A stretch of DNA of 64,000 nucleotides from a virus, in the IMG/VR virus record IMGVR_UViG_3300025674_000024, positions 1-64,000 of that record. One strand, written 5' to 3'. Positions 8,943 to 19,046 of this stretch are shown here, piece after piece (the stretch's first letter is position 1; each line of letters begins with the position of its first letter). The position numbers were made by a program, and so were the translations under genes. The notes below the pieces were generated by a model. The model saw only the letters and a list, made by a program, of their open reading frames with translations, made no database searches and was not told where the DNA came from.

Positions 8943-10325
8943 TCATACCCCGATCACAGTCCAGTTGGAGCCGTTGTACCAACAGAGAGCGGCGGCGGCT
9001 CCCCCACCTGAGACTATTGAACCGATAGCTGGAGCACTAGCGTCGGTTACTCTCGCAATCTGCCCGACGGTGCCGGCTGGGAGTTGGTTCGCTCCGGCTC
9101 CCACCGTGTAAGCCTTCGCGGTCTGGAAGATCGCGGCAGCGTGCTCCGCGTAGTCACTGTCGTCGGATACTCGCGTCTCCAGGACCGCGACATTATCCTT
9201 GAGACCCGGGGACGTCGGAGCGTTGTCTCCTATCTGAACGAGACCGCCGCCCGTGGGCTCGAGAATGATGTTGTTGGCCGCACCGCCCGCGTAGATCGTC
9301 AGGGCGCCTACGGCGTAAAGATCGGTGAGGCCAGAGATAGACGTGATGTTGCTCAGCGAGGAGACGAAAGAGAGGTCCCCTGCGCCATCCGTCACCATGA
9401 CATTGCCGGAGGTCCCGTCCGCGGTCGGAAATCTTAGTGTGTAAGACCCGGCCGGCGGAATGTTTTGCACTCCAAGGGTCAGAGTTTCCCCAGCACCATC
9501 GTCTAGGATGACGGAAGTGAGAGTCGGAGTCGCGGAGGCGGAGATGGTGATAGACCCTCCCGCGTTAGCTATTCCGATGTTTACCCCGGCTGTGAGGGTC
9601 GTCTTAGTCCAACCGCCCCCGACGTTATTGCCTATGAGAAGTTCTCCGTCAAGTGGAGCAGCGGACACGCCCGTACCGCCCACCGTATAAGGTAGAGTTC
9701 CGCTTGTGATCTTTGACGCGTTGAGGTTTGGGATGCGGGATGCGGAGAATGTTCCCGTGGTGATTTTTGACGCGTCGAGGCTGGGGATACGGCCTGGGTC
9801 TAGAGCTCCGGTGACGATCTTGGAGGCGTCGATGCCGGGGATGTCGTTGGCGACGAGAGCACGGAACGTCGGTGTACCGTCGGAGAGGTCCGGGCTGGCG
9901 AATACTCTGTTCTTGATCTGATCTTGCAGGGTCGCAGATATGCTTCCGGAAGAAGTCACCGGGGCTCCACTTACATTGAAGACGGAGTCAAAGGTGAGAC
10001 CGACGGACGTGACTGTGCCACCAGGATCGTCGAAGCATGTGACCCACACACCGCCGTCGTAGATCTTCAAGATAGGGCTCGAGCCGGAAGTGTCTAGCCA
10101 GGCCTCTCCCTTGGAATTGCCGGGTTCCCCCTCTGGGTTCGTGTTGGGAACTTCATCTCCGATAGCCACGGGCCCAACTTTGAACAGAGTTCCGGTACGA
10201 TCTGAAAAGAAAAGTCCGGGCTCGCTTTCGTTGAGGTTGACCATCGGGACGCCGTTGGCCAATACGCCGGGATCGGGTCTTTGCCTCGCAATATCGGAGC
10301 GGAGAAGTTGTATCGTAGTCGCCAT
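8943..10325 (-). CDS. Tail fibre protein with shared N-terminal anchor domain
   Basis: MATTIQLLRS anchor; three 15-aa IP.LDASKI.TG repeats; GTVTSVGL and PTFRALVANDIP fibre motifs. Confidence 0.8.
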   Translation of the reverse strand: MATTIQLLRSDIARQRPDPGVLANGVPMVNLNESEPGLFFSDRTGTLFKVGPVAIGDEVPNTNPEGEPGNSKGEAWLDTSGSSPILKIYDGGVWVTCFDDPGGTVTSVGLTFDSVFNVSGAPVTSSGSISATLQDQIKNRVFASPDLSDGTPTFRALVANDIPGIDASKIVTGALDPGRIPSLDASKITTGTFSASRIPNLNASKITSGTLPYTVGGTGVSAAPLDGELLIGNNVGGGWTKTTLTAGVNIGIANAGGSITISASATPTLTSVILDDGAGETLTLGVQNIPPAGSYTLRFPTADGTSGNVMVTDGAGDLSFVSSLSNITSISGLTDLYAVGALTIYAGGAANNIILEPTGGGLVQIGDNAPTSPGLKDNVAVLETRVSDDSDYAEHAAAIFQTAKAYTVGAGANQLPAGTVGQIARVTDASAPAIGSIVSGGGAAAALCWYNGSNWTVIGV

Positions 10326-10900
10326 CAGTCGATCGCCTCCATGACGATCTTGAACGACTTGCCAGTGCGGTTATTGCGAAGCTTGATGAAGTCGTCCTGC
10401 TCGATGACAGTCCAGTCACCGGCCTCGCTTTTGAGATTAAGGTCCCCGGTCGTGATTACTCTCGTGTATAGATTTGCCAAACGTCGAGAAGAAGAACCAA
10501 TATCGAATTGGTCATCATCCGTCGGGAAGAGGGAGTTATTGAGGGAGATTTTTGCGGCTGTGACCGCGCCGTTGGCGATCTTATCCGTGGTGATCGTTCC
10601 GTCAAGCACGTTGACCACGACCCAGCCGGCTTCCGTGTAGACCTTCATCGACGGGCTCACCGGGTCCGTAATATCCAGCCACATCTCCCCGACAGAACGC
10701 TCAGTCCAGTTGATTTGATGTGGCGCGTCAGTCCCAACGTGCACCGGACCAGCCTTCACAAGCTCACCGTTGTCCGTTCGGAAGTAGAGGCCGGTGGAGT
10801 CCGAATTGTAGTTTACCGCCAGCTGTCCGGGGGAAAGATCTAGAGGCTGTGGCCTCCTGGCGTACTCGCCGGATCTGATATGCTGTACGAGGAAGGTCAT
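10325..10900 (-). CDS. Short fibre/adaptor protein (anchor domain + TGDL.LK...GDWT C-terminal module)
   Basis: Paralogy to neighbours at both termini. Confidence 0.75.
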   Translation of the reverse strand: MTFLVQHIRSGEYARRPQPLDLSPGQLAVNYNSDSTGLYFRTDNGELVKAGPVHVGTDAPHQINWTERSVGEMWLDITDPVSPSMKVYTEAGWVVVNVLDGTITTDKIANGAVTAAKISLNNSLFPTDDDQFDIGSSSRRLANLYTRVITTGDLNLKSEAGDWTVIEQDDFIKLRNNRTGKSFKIVMEAID

Positions 10901-10978
10901 AGTCGCTCGTGGATGACTCTCTCGGAGTACAAGTTCTTCTGTGATGTTTTACCCCGAAACCATTCCGCGGTTTCCATG

Positions 10979-11003
10979 AAAAAGCCCCTCGCGGAGGAGG
11001 GGC
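10979..11003 (-). terminator. Rho-independent terminator
   Basis: GCCCCTC-ctccgc-GAGGGGC-TTTTT, followed by GGGTAAAA at 10947-10954. Confidence 0.8.
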
Positions 11004-11029
11004 GGGTGGGAGTTAGGTTCCCGGAACGA

Positions 11030-11290
11030 TCACTCGGCGTCGGAAGCGGGGGTGGGAATCGAGGCCTGGTAGGCGGCGATGACCTCGGGTGTCCAGAGGG
11101 CACCGGCGACCGCCTTCACCTCTTCGCACTCGTTGGTGAGGTCGTCTCCGGGGGCCACAACATGACGAAGGTAGCTACGACCGACCTCCTCACCGTCCTT
11201 TTTGACGATGGTGGCTTCGCGGCACTGGATGATGGAGTAAGGGGGAATGATCTCGAGTTTGTACTCGAAGCTTTCTGTGAAAGTTGCCAT
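11030..11290 (-). CDS. Small tail-fibre-associated protein
   Basis: IQCREATIVKKDGEEVGRSYLRHVVAPGDD...WTPEVIAAY; type seen after ALDDYEEG fibres in cyano/marine phages. Confidence 0.7.
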   Translation of the reverse strand: MATFTESFEYKLEIIPPYSIIQCREATIVKKDGEEVGRSYLRHVVAPGDDLTNECEEVKAVAGALWTPEVIAAYQASIPTPASDAE

Positions 11291-11366
11291 GATTAGGGAC
11301 TGCCGTCGGGCAGTGACAGGTTTACAGGGTCAGGGGTTTCGTAGTTGTGCCGGATTGCGCCGGGGA

Positions 11367-12278
11367 TCAGCCTGCAAAGTAACTGAAGGAAAAAAGAATC
11401 ACCGAAGTTGCGGTGACTTCCTGGGCGGAAGCATTAGTGTAAGATGTCCCTATTGCATGATGAACCCTTAGTTTATTAGTTCCAGCAAGTGTTCTTCCGA
11501 CAAATTCCCCAACATTTCCCGAGTTAACGTTATTAACGATTACCGAAATCCCTATGAAACTAGCGGCTTGTGACGTGTTACTTACAGTAAATGGTAGGTC
11601 TATCTCAAAATAGCCGACTGGGGACGAGATCGACGAGACCGACAAGGATCCCCCGACTGAAACTAAACCCCCGACCTTCACATAGTAGAGACGCTGATTG
11701 GCGGCGTTGAGGGTGATTGTCCCGGAGGTTCCGCATGTTACAGTGGAAATATGAGTGCCCTCCTCGTAGTCGTCCAGCGCGTTGGCGGCCGTGAAGGCAT
11801 CGCCGTTGAACACAATGCCGCCGGTGCTGGTCGGAAGTCCGATGTAGGAGCCGTCGGTTAAGTGTCTAGCGGTAAAGAGTTCCCTTTCCGCTGGCGCTAC
11901 ACCAAATCTCTGCCAGACGGTAAAGTTGGGCTCAATGGTGAAGTTCGAGCGGAAGTCCGCGCCGAACTTCACCCAGCCTTGTTCCGTGCCGAAGTCGCTG
12001 GAGCGGAGGCCGCAGGTGATGAGACTCTTCTTGTTAAGAGGGCCCGTCGCAACGTCGTAGTCCGTGAGTACCGCGAGGGTGTCGGTGCCCGTGGTGACGC
12101 TCGTGTACTCTGTGTTGCCGAAGATGCGAGTGCGGTCCTTCGTCATCAGCGCGATGTTCTCGGACTGCGCCGCGATACCGAGAGTGTTGGACGAGAAGCG
12201 GTAGAGTCCGAGATCCGTGTCCGATGAGAATGTGAAACTGGGGGTGGCGACTGCGCCGTTCCCTGTGAAGACTGCCAT
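11367..12278 (-). CDS. Tail fibre protein
   Basis: PSFTFSSDTDLGLYR N-terminus; AANALDDYEEG...YVKVGGLV C-terminal fibre domain. Confidence 0.8.
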   Translation of the reverse strand: MAVFTGNGAVATPSFTFSSDTDLGLYRFSSNTLGIAAQSENIALMTKDRTRIFGNTEYTSVTTGTDTLAVLTDYDVATGPLNKKSLITCGLRSSDFGTEQGWVKFGADFRSNFTIEPNFTVWQRFGVAPAERELFTARHLTDGSYIGLPTSTGGIVFNGDAFTAANALDDYEEGTHISTVTCGTSGTITLNAANQRLYYVKVGGLVSVGGSLSVSSISSPVGYFEIDLPFTVSNTSQAASFIGISVIVNNVNSGNVGEFVGRTLAGTNKLRVHHAIGTSYTNASAQEVTATSVILFSFSYFAG

Positions 12279-12397
12279 GATGAGTGAAGAGTAATGTGCT
12301 GATGGCTGCGGCCCAGAAGATAAGACTTAAGGGCTATAATCTTTGGGTTTCACGACCTGCGGTCGTGCAGGTTGAGAATAGCGTGGAGGGAAAGGCG

Positions 12398-12895
12398 TCA
12401 GCCTTCCATTTCCTCCATGACGAGTCGGAAGACTCGTCCGGTCTTGTTGTTTCTGAGGGTGAGGAAGTCGCTCTCCTCGATCATCGTCCAGTCGCCCTTG
12501 TCGTTCTTCAGGTGAAGGTCACCGGTGTAGACGTCGTCGGCGTAGACGTTCCGCCAGCGGACGGAGTTGGTACCGAGGTCGTGAGTGCTGTCGGCGGAGG
12601 GGACTACATTACCGGCCGCGTTGATCGCGTCAACGTAGAGGTTGGCCCAGCGGAGAGCGGATGACCCGAGGTCGTGAGCGCTGTCCACGTCGGGGATGAT
12701 GTCTCCTTCAGCGGTGAACCCGTCAATCGCGTTGATGTACAGGGTGCCCCACTGGAGGGCCGCAGTTCCGAGATCTCGGCTACCGGAGGCGTCCGGGAGA
12801 AGATCGCCCGCAAAATCGTACTGGCCGGCGACGGAGAGGTCGATGGTGACGTTGGTCCCCTCGATGATGTCAGCGCGGATTGTTCCGTATGCCAT
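12398..12895 (-). CDS. Fibre protein with three P.....DLG....RW..Y repeats and TGDLHLKND C-terminal module
   Basis: Repeats visible in translation; module shared with 10325..10900. Confidence 0.75.
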   Translation of the reverse strand: MAYGTIRADIIEGTNVTIDLSVAGQYDFAGDLLPDASGSRDLGTAALQWGTLYINAIDGFTAEGDIIPDVDSAHDLGSSALRWANLYVDAINAAGNVVPSADSTHDLGTNSVRWRNVYADDVYTGDLHLKNDKGDWTMIEESDFLTLRNNKTGRVFRLVMEEMEG

Positions 12896-12944
12896 GGTTC
12901 CTTAAGAATGGAATGCTTGGGTGAAAGATGAAAAGACTAATGGC

Positions 12945-14012
12945 TTAGGCCACGACGTAGCGGGAACCCACGGGCACCGTCACGGTCACGCCTGGGTTTA
13001 CGGCCACGGGGCCAACAGACAGGGCGTTATTTCCTAGCGTCACCGTGTAATTGGTCGCGATTGTCTGACTAAACTCCTGGATGGGGCCCTGGTCGGATGA
13101 CCAAGTCAAAGATCCGCTTCCGTTGGTCTGAAGGAATTGCCCAGGAGCGCCGTCGGCATTGGGCAGCGTCCAGGTGACGTTGGCCGCGATGGACGAGGGA
13201 GCGCGGAGAGCCACATAATTGGAACCGGCCACGGTGCCAGCGTGGAACCGCAGGGGCTGCTGGTTAATGTGGCGGGTGGCGGCGGCGAACGTCGTCTGGG
13301 AATTAACGGTGAGGAAATCGCTCGAGTCCGTGCCGACTGTTACGCCATTGGAAAACGTCGCGGCGGCGTTGACCTGCAGGGTGTCGATCGTGTCGTCGTT
13401 GCCCAGGGTGACGTTACCATCCACTCCCAGGGTCCCGTTGATCTGTGCGTTGCCGCTGACGTTGAGGTTCGTCAGGTTGCCGCTGGACAGGTCGGTCCAG
13501 GTTGTCCCGTCGTAACCGCGGAAGTAGTTGGTGGTGGTGTCAAATCGCACCATGCCCGCGGCTGGCGTGATGCTGGACTCATCAGCGGAGGGACCGTTAG
13601 GAACGCGGATGTAGGCGCTCGCCCCAGTGCCGTTGGCGATGAGGGTGGAGACCGTGAGGGTCTTCGACAGCGAGAAGTTCCCGTTGGCGTTGTCGACCTG
13701 AAAGCCGCTCGCCGGCACCCACTGGGTACCGTTGTAGACCTTCATCACCGCGTTGGCGAAGGAGGAGCGTCCGTCGAGCCACGTCTCTCCCTGGACGTTA
13801 CCGCTGGGGCCGGCCGCGGCGGAGTTCGGCGGAGAGCCACTGGATGTGATGGCGACCGGGCCCACCTTGAACAGGGTGCCGTCGGTTGCTTTGAAGAAGA
13901 GGCCAGGCTCAGCAACGTTTAGGTTTACCGCGGGCTGGCCTTCGAGAAGAGACGTAGGCGAAGGTCTCTTCTGTGAAACGCTGCTTCTTAGCAGCTGTAG
14001 ATTTGTCGTCAG
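12945..14012 (-). CDS. Tail fibre protein with shared anchor domain; probable CTG start
   Basis: Frame is open 49 codons above the listed start: (CTG)TTNLQLLRSSVSQKRPSPTSLLEGQPAVNLNVAEPGLFF aligns with paralog Met1; GAGGA SD upstream. Confidence 0.8.
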   Translation of the reverse strand: MTTNLQLLRSSVSQKRPSPTSLLEGQPAVNLNVAEPGLFFKATDGTLFKVGPVAITSSGSPPNSAAAGPSGNVQGETWLDGRSSFANAVMKVYNGTQWVPASGFQVDNANGNFSLSKTLTVSTLIANGTGASAYIRVPNGPSADESSITPAAGMVRFDTTTNYFRGYDGTTWTDLSSGNLTNLNVSGNAQINGTLGVDGNVTLGNDDTIDTLQVNAAATFSNGVTVGTDSSDFLTVNSQTTFAAATRHINQQPLRFHAGTVAGSNYVALRAPSSIAANVTWTLPNADGAPGQFLQTNGSGSLTWSSDQGPIQEFSQTIATNYTVTLGNNALSVGPVAVNPGVTVTVPVGSRYVVA

Positions 14013-14092
14013 GGTTCTGTCCTCAAACTCGACAGTAAGTAGTGATCTCCTAATTCAAGGAGCTCTGTGAGATTAAGATCTCTGAGCTGAAT

Positions 14093-14710
14093 TTACCCAA
14101 GCCATTTTGGCCTTTTCTTACACCCTTCAATCCAGTGCTGTTCAGCCTTATCGGGGTGCACCATGTGGGCTTTATCCTCCAACGGATCGTAGTACCACCT
14201 ATATTCTTTTCTCTGCTCACTCATACGTTCAGCGTACCCTGGAGGTTTCTTAAACCCTCTTTGAGCTTTTCTCATCTTTTGACGAGTCTCTTCGGGCCTC
14301 TTTTTGCCTTTCCAAGCCTTGCTTACAGCCTCTTTTTGTTTTTGACTTGAAGGCTTACCCCACCTGTGGTTGTTTTGTCCTTTCTTCTGTTGGCTTAACA
14401 GTGCCTTAGTCTCTTTACTGTGGGTTCCCCAAGAAATCCCCAAGACGCTAAACCCACTTGGTGTAGCCTTACACCTATTTGCAAAGTGCTGACTCGTCGC
14501 CACGTCAAATACCTCGTGCAAAGAGGCCTCGGCATTCGCAGCCTCCTCGCGCGTCTCAAACTCCGACCAAACCCACTTCTCCACGGGAGAATACTCTGGG
14601 TCCTTATGCGAACCCATGTAGGGATCCTCAGCGGGATCGCACTCGCAGGACCTTACGCCGATGTAATATCTCCCACAATCTCCCTTGGTGACGTATACGT
14701 AATGTCTCAT
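14093..14710 (-). CDS. Free-standing GIY-YIG homing endonuclease with NUMOD3 motifs
   Basis: HYVY...RYYIGVRS; HSKETKALLS, RPEETRQKMR. Confidence 0.85.
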   Translation of the reverse strand: MRHYVYVTKGDCGRYYIGVRSCECDPAEDPYMGSHKDPEYSPVEKWVWSEFETREEAANAEASLHEVFDVATSQHFANRCKATPSGFSVLGISWGTHSKETKALLSQQKKGQNNHRWGKPSSQKQKEAVSKAWKGKKRPEETRQKMRKAQRGFKKPPGYAERMSEQRKEYRWYYDPLEDKAHMVHPDKAEQHWIEGCKKRPKWLG

Positions 14711-14794
14711 ATTTGACAGAGTCCCAGATACTTATTGTACCTGGGAACTCTTATCGTAAACCTACGCCGTCACGTCCTGCGGCGCGAAATACTC

Positions 14795-17700
14795 CTAAGT
14801 AACCTCCGTGCGGAGGAGGGTCGTGCCAGTACCGCCCGCGACCGTCTTACCGGTGATCAGGAACTCTCCGCGCTCGTCCTGTCCGGTCGCGTAGATCACT
14901 CCGCCCCACACTTCCATCGACATCGCGTCAAAGCGCTCTCGGAGAGAGAGCTGCGAGGTCTGATAACGCGGAAGACCCTTAGCGTAGGTGTAATATCCGG
15001 CCCATTCCCACGTATGATTACCGCAACGGATCGTGGATGGGCGGTTAAACTCCACGGGCCAAGTGCCGGTATAGTGAGCGTAACCGTTAGGACCCACATT
15101 CTCCATCGCCGTCACGGAGAGATTGCGTGAGGTCCATAGTTGCGGAACAAGCATCGCTTCCACCTGTTCATAGGAGAATCCGAGAAGTACAAGCAAACGA
15201 GTCATCGCCGCCTTCGTCGGGTGCCACCACGGATCGTAAATGGTCGCGTCCGCGAGTGACGATCCGCCGGAAATCAGTCCCAATGTGGTCGTACCGTCAT
15301 CATTATCGTACACGTTGTTGAACGTCGGGTTTGTTAGATCGTATTGAACTCCGCGCGGATAGCAGGAGAGCTGAGGGTAACTGTCGGTGGGATCCTGTGT
15401 GTTAGCCACACTGTCGGAACCGATCCAGGTGTCGGTGACGGGCTGACAGTACTCGTAGTTCTTGCTCCGAAGCCACGCGGATTTGTTCTCCACTGGGTCA
15501 GGCTTATACTCCTCTTGAGCCTCATCGTTAAAAGACGCGTAGAAAAGTCGTTCCTCATACGAAGCGTAAGCTCCTCGCGGATAGTTAAACTCGACATTAG
15601 TTGTATCGAATCCGTTATTTCCCTGTGGTAACCAAGGCTTAAATCCGTCTGCGGAAGAAAGAGTCACGTAATAATTCTGCGAGCCTTGAGTGGGGACGAT
15701 AAGCGGTTCGGACCCGTTGGGGTTGTTACCTTCGGACGATGTTCTCGTGTCGGTCACGCTGAAGAGGTGGTTCCAGCCGCCAGTCTGCCCCGGATCCAAC
15801 TGGGACCCGATTTTGAGCAAGTCAGCAACACCCGCTCCAGGCTTCTCGGCTAGTCTCAGGATGAAGCCGATCTCGGGCGGACGGTGGGACTGGGACGTAT
15901 TGTTCACCCACAGCGAATAGTTCCGATCGATAGGAGGACGTGGATCTACAAAGCGCCGGATGTACATCAGGCTCAAACGAGTTAATGGCACGCCGCTGTT
16001 CACCGCGGCGTAGATCTCGTTGCCGGCCGTCTCCGTTGTGAGTGTGAGACTGTCAGAGGAGAGAGGGTTGCCGACGGTAGACAATTGGGCTTTATACGTC
16101 GTGCCCGTGTCGTAGTCCTCGATCCACACGTAGCTTCCCTGACGGAAAGTGTAAGGAAGGATCGCGCGAGTGTCGAGCTCGGTGTCGAAACTGATTGTCG
16201 TATCGGTGATTGCGGAGATGCGAGCGTTGACGAAGATTCGCTTCGTATTGTTCGTGTCGAGCACCATCTGCTTGGTGATCGCCGCGGGACGACGAATGCC
16301 TTGGATTGTGAATCCTTTGTCAGGATCCTCCGAGCCACCAGAAGTACCGATGCCCGCGAATCCTTCTGCTCTCAGAGCGATGCCACCGAAGTTCGAGTTG
16401 GCGTTAGTCACCGAGATGGTTCCGCCATTTTTAGCCCAATAGTTCACCGACACGCCGATCGCGAAGGACGCGACGATCTGAGAGAAAGCGGAGTTGGTCG
16501 CCTTCACCGCGTAGTGGCGTGTGTCCGAGACATCGTCTGGGAGACCCGAGCTCTTGTCGTCGGGAGAGTCAAAGGCAGTGCGGTAGTAGAAGCGGATGTC
16601 ACTGACCTTCACCGTGGAGAGAAGGTAGTCGATGGCGTCCTCGGAAGTCACGTCTGCGACCGGGATACCTTTAGACGCAGCGTAGGCCGTTTTCAGAGAG
16701 ACCCAGGTCTTCTCCGTAGCGTTGTACACTTCGTAGACGTCTGGGTCGTTCTGCAGGGAGACTACAGTGTAATTGCAGAAGAGAGCCGACTTGAAGCCGT
16801 TGACTTTAGCACCGTCAACCAGACCGCCACACAGGCCATAGTCAGAACGCGTGGAGCAGTTGAAGATGTACGGAGACGCGTTCTTCACACGATCCACAGT
16901 GTCGTCTGGGACTGCGGGCAACTGAGCCACGATAGTCGTCTCTCCCGGAGCGACTTCGGCGTTATTGACCGTGCCAGCGAAGTCTTGCAGGGAGAAGGCG
17001 CGTTGGACCTTTGAGTAGAAGACGTTGAGGTCTTCCTCCGTCGCGAAGTCTAAGCAGGTGAGGCGGTGGTGTGTCGTAAGCGGATAAGTGAGGGTGAGGA
17101 AGTCAGGCGGAGAGGATCCGGGAACGCCAATCTCTGGGAGTTGATTGCGGAGGATCACCCCTCCCGTGTCAATGTCACGGAGGCGGAACGTGTAAGTCGT
17201 CAGAGGCTCCGCGTAGTAGTCGCCGGCGGAGACAGTGTGTACGCCGTCATACAGCTGCGGAACTCCGGCTGGGTATGAGAGCGTCACGCGGTCCGCAGCC
17301 GCGATCTCGTCAGAGGATGCTCCGGTGGTGACTAGAGTACGGAACCCGTGAGGACGCAGGGATGTAAGGATAGCGGGATCATCTCCGTCTGCTGCATCGA
17401 TCCCAGACACGCTCACACGGCTGACCTTGTCCTTGAAGCAGAAGGACGTGAAGTAAGAGTTGCCCGTCCAGCGTAAGATGGAGGAGCGAGGTTCAATAAG
17501 TGCTGAGTCTTCCTCGAAGAGAGTCCGAGACCAGAAGGGATAGTAGGTCGGACGGATGACGGTCTTACGAAGATCGAGAGCGATGATGGAAGTTCCGCGA
17601 GGAACCACGAGGCCGCCCTCCGAAGCGTTGAAGAGGCGGATGAGGTCCTGCGTGATGCTCTGATCCTGAGCGAATCCCGCGACTTGCTGCTCGAAGAAGC

Positions 17701-18226
17701 CGAGATCTACTCCGGGGTCATTACAGACAACGTTCTCACCGGGAAGCAGTACGATCGTGAAGCGACCGTTGAACACGTCATCATTACGCCCAGCAAGAAT
17801 CGAGCGGCGCGCCACCTCGATCATCGCTCGGTTCAGTGTAGCGAAAGGCCGTGCGATACCATCGTTCGAAAGATCATCGGATGCCTCGGGAAACTCAGAT
17901 CCGACAAAGATCGCCGTGTCAGCTCCACCAAATAGGGGAGACTGCATTGGCACCCACTGCCCGAGTGCGGGAACGTAGAGATTGAGAGTGCCGTTGCCGG
18001 TGTCGAGCCATTGTTCTCCCGGACCGTATCCCACTTCCGTCGTAGGCGGCTGGGATCCGATGTAGGCGGGGCCGACCTTTGCGATGTCTCCGGTATTCGT
18101 CTCGAAGAAAAGTCCCGGATCATTCTGATTTGTGTTAAGCGCGAGTTCACCGGGCTCGAGATATTGATCAGCGGGGCGGCGGCCTTGGACTGAAGACCTC
18201 TTTAATTGTATACGTTGAGCGCACAT
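14795..18226 (-). CDS. Large tail/fibre structural protein with shared anchor domain
   Basis: MCAQRIQLKRS anchor; DG..RPFATLNRA, SPYIFNCS, TNANSNFG, PSTIRCGNHTWEWAGY motifs typical of cyanophage fibre proteins. Confidence 0.75.
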   Translation of the reverse strand: MCAQRIQLKRSSVQGRRPADQYLEPGELALNTNQNDPGLFFETNTGDIAKVGPAYIGSQPPTTEVGYGPGEQWLDTGNGTLNLYVPALGQWVPMQSPLFGGADTAIFVGSEFPEASDDLSNDGIARPFATLNRAMIEVARRSILAGRNDDVFNGRFTIVLLPGENVVCNDPGVDLGFFEQQVAGFAQDQSITQDLIRLFNASEGGLVVPRGTSIIALDLRKTVIRPTYYPFWSRTLFEEDSALIEPRSSILRWTGNSYFTSFCFKDKVSRVSVSGIDAADGDDPAILTSLRPHGFRTLVTTGASSDEIAAADRVTLSYPAGVPQLYDGVHTVSAGDYYAEPLTTYTFRLRDIDTGGVILRNQLPEIGVPGSSPPDFLTLTYPLTTHHRLTCLDFATEEDLNVFYSKVQRAFSLQDFAGTVNNAEVAPGETTIVAQLPAVPDDTVDRVKNASPYIFNCSTRSDYGLCGGLVDGAKVNGFKSALFCNYTVVSLQNDPDVYEVYNATEKTWVSLKTAYAASKGIPVADVTSEDAIDYLLSTVKVSDIRFYYRTAFDSPDDKSSGLPDDVSDTRHYAVKATNSAFSQIVASFAIGVSVNYWAKNGGTISVTNANSNFGGIALRAEGFAGIGTSGGSEDPDKGFTIQGIRRPAAITKQMVLDTNNTKRIFVNARISAITDTTISFDTELDTRAILPYTFRQGSYVWIEDYDTGTTYKAQLSTVGNPLSSDSLTLTTETAGNEIYAAVNSGVPLTRLSLMYIRRFVDPRPPIDRNYSLWVNNTSQSHRPPEIGFILRLAEKPGAGVADLLKIGSQLDPGQTGGWNHLFSVTDTRTSSEGNNPNGSEPLIVPTQGSQNYYVTLSSADGFKPWLPQGNNGFDTTNVEFNYPRGAYASYEERLFYASFNDEAQEEYKPDPVENKSAWLRSKNYEYCQPVTDTWIGSDSVANTQDPTDSYPQLSCYPRGVQYDLTNPTFNNVYDNDDGTTTLGLISGGSSLADATIYDPWWHPTKAAMTRLLVLLGFSYEQVEAMLVPQLWTSRNLSVTAMENVGPNGYAHYTGTWPVEFNRPSTIRCGNHTWEWAGYYTYAKGLPRYQTSQLSLRERFDAMSMEVWGGVIYATGQDERGEFLITGKTVAGGTGTTLLRTEVT

Positions 18227-18266
18227 AATGGATTTGCTGAAGAGCTTAGGATAAGTGTGGGACTTA

Positions 18267-18851
18267 TCAGAATTGTTTTCTTCTCGATTGTTTGAATTCT
18301 AGAGAAGAGCGATCCTTTCTTTTTAGAGCCGGAGGAGTTAATCCAGTTGTATCATCACCGGGGTACACTCTGACTCTTTTACCGCTGGCATCCTTCCAAA
18401 CGGAATAGCCGAAGTTTGTTTCTCTAATTGAGGGATTGCCAAGTTTCCATCCTTCAGGCGGCTGTTGACCTGCTAAGATTCTACGTGTTTCTAACGTCTC
18501 CGGATGATAGTAAAACTTGCTCCCTTTGTTTATCCTACCCTTAGTATTTCCTTTGGCTTTAGTCGCTATCTTAGCCCGAGCCTCTAGAGACTTCTTAGCT
18601 CGACTTGGCGGGGCATTTCCAAGTTGGGAGTTAGGTGATAAGTTTAAGCAGAGAGGAGTATCCCAATAGAAGTCTAGGTAAAACTGTTCTTCTGTTCTAT
18701 TCGGGTCATCGTGTTCGAGACCTATTAGCCAAAACGTATCAGCACTTATTCTTTGTGTCTTTTCGTGAGTCGCTAGTCTTCTGGAAAGATCTTTTGTTGA
18801 ACCGATGTAAAACTTTTTTGTTCTGAGATCGACTCCGCAGTATTCTTGCAT
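18267..18851 (-). CDS. Free-standing GIY-YIG homing endonuclease
   Basis: KFYIGSTKDLSRRLATH...EQFYLD...CLN; PPEGWKLG; AT-rich. Confidence 0.8.
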   Translation of the reverse strand: MQEYCGVDLRTKKFYIGSTKDLSRRLATHEKTQRISADTFWLIGLEHDDPNRTEEQFYLDFYWDTPLCLNLSPNSQLGNAPPSRAKKSLEARAKIATKAKGNTKGRINKGSKFYYHPETLETRRILAGQQPPEGWKLGNPSIRETNFGYSVWKDASGKRVRVYPGDDTTGLTPPALKRKDRSSLEFKQSRRKQF

Positions 18852-18955
18852 GGTGCTTCTCCGCTATCAGCAAACTCCCAGCCTATGTCTTCCCCGACCT
18901 CATAACGAGAGTCATTCTTCCACTCCTCGAAGGCTTCCTGGAACGACTTGGGCAC
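18773..18955 (-). CDS. Small hypothetical protein
   Basis: GTG start with GGAGG SD; promoter-like motif at 19020-19027. Confidence 0.5.
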   Translation of the reverse strand: MPKSFQEAFEEWKNDSRYEVGEDIGWEFADSGEAPCKNTAESISEQKSFTSVQQKIFPED

Positions 18956-19046
18956 GGTGAGACCTCCTACAAAAGGAGGGAGGATGGCGTGTTACCATCT
19001 CTCCCCGGGTGTGGTTAGATTTTACCGCAGATGATGAATGAGCGAA

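Noticed and set aside
4178-18226. Diversity-generating retroelement or invertible fibre cassette
   Set aside because: No reverse transcriptase, recombinase, TR/VR pair or inverted cassette seen in this window.
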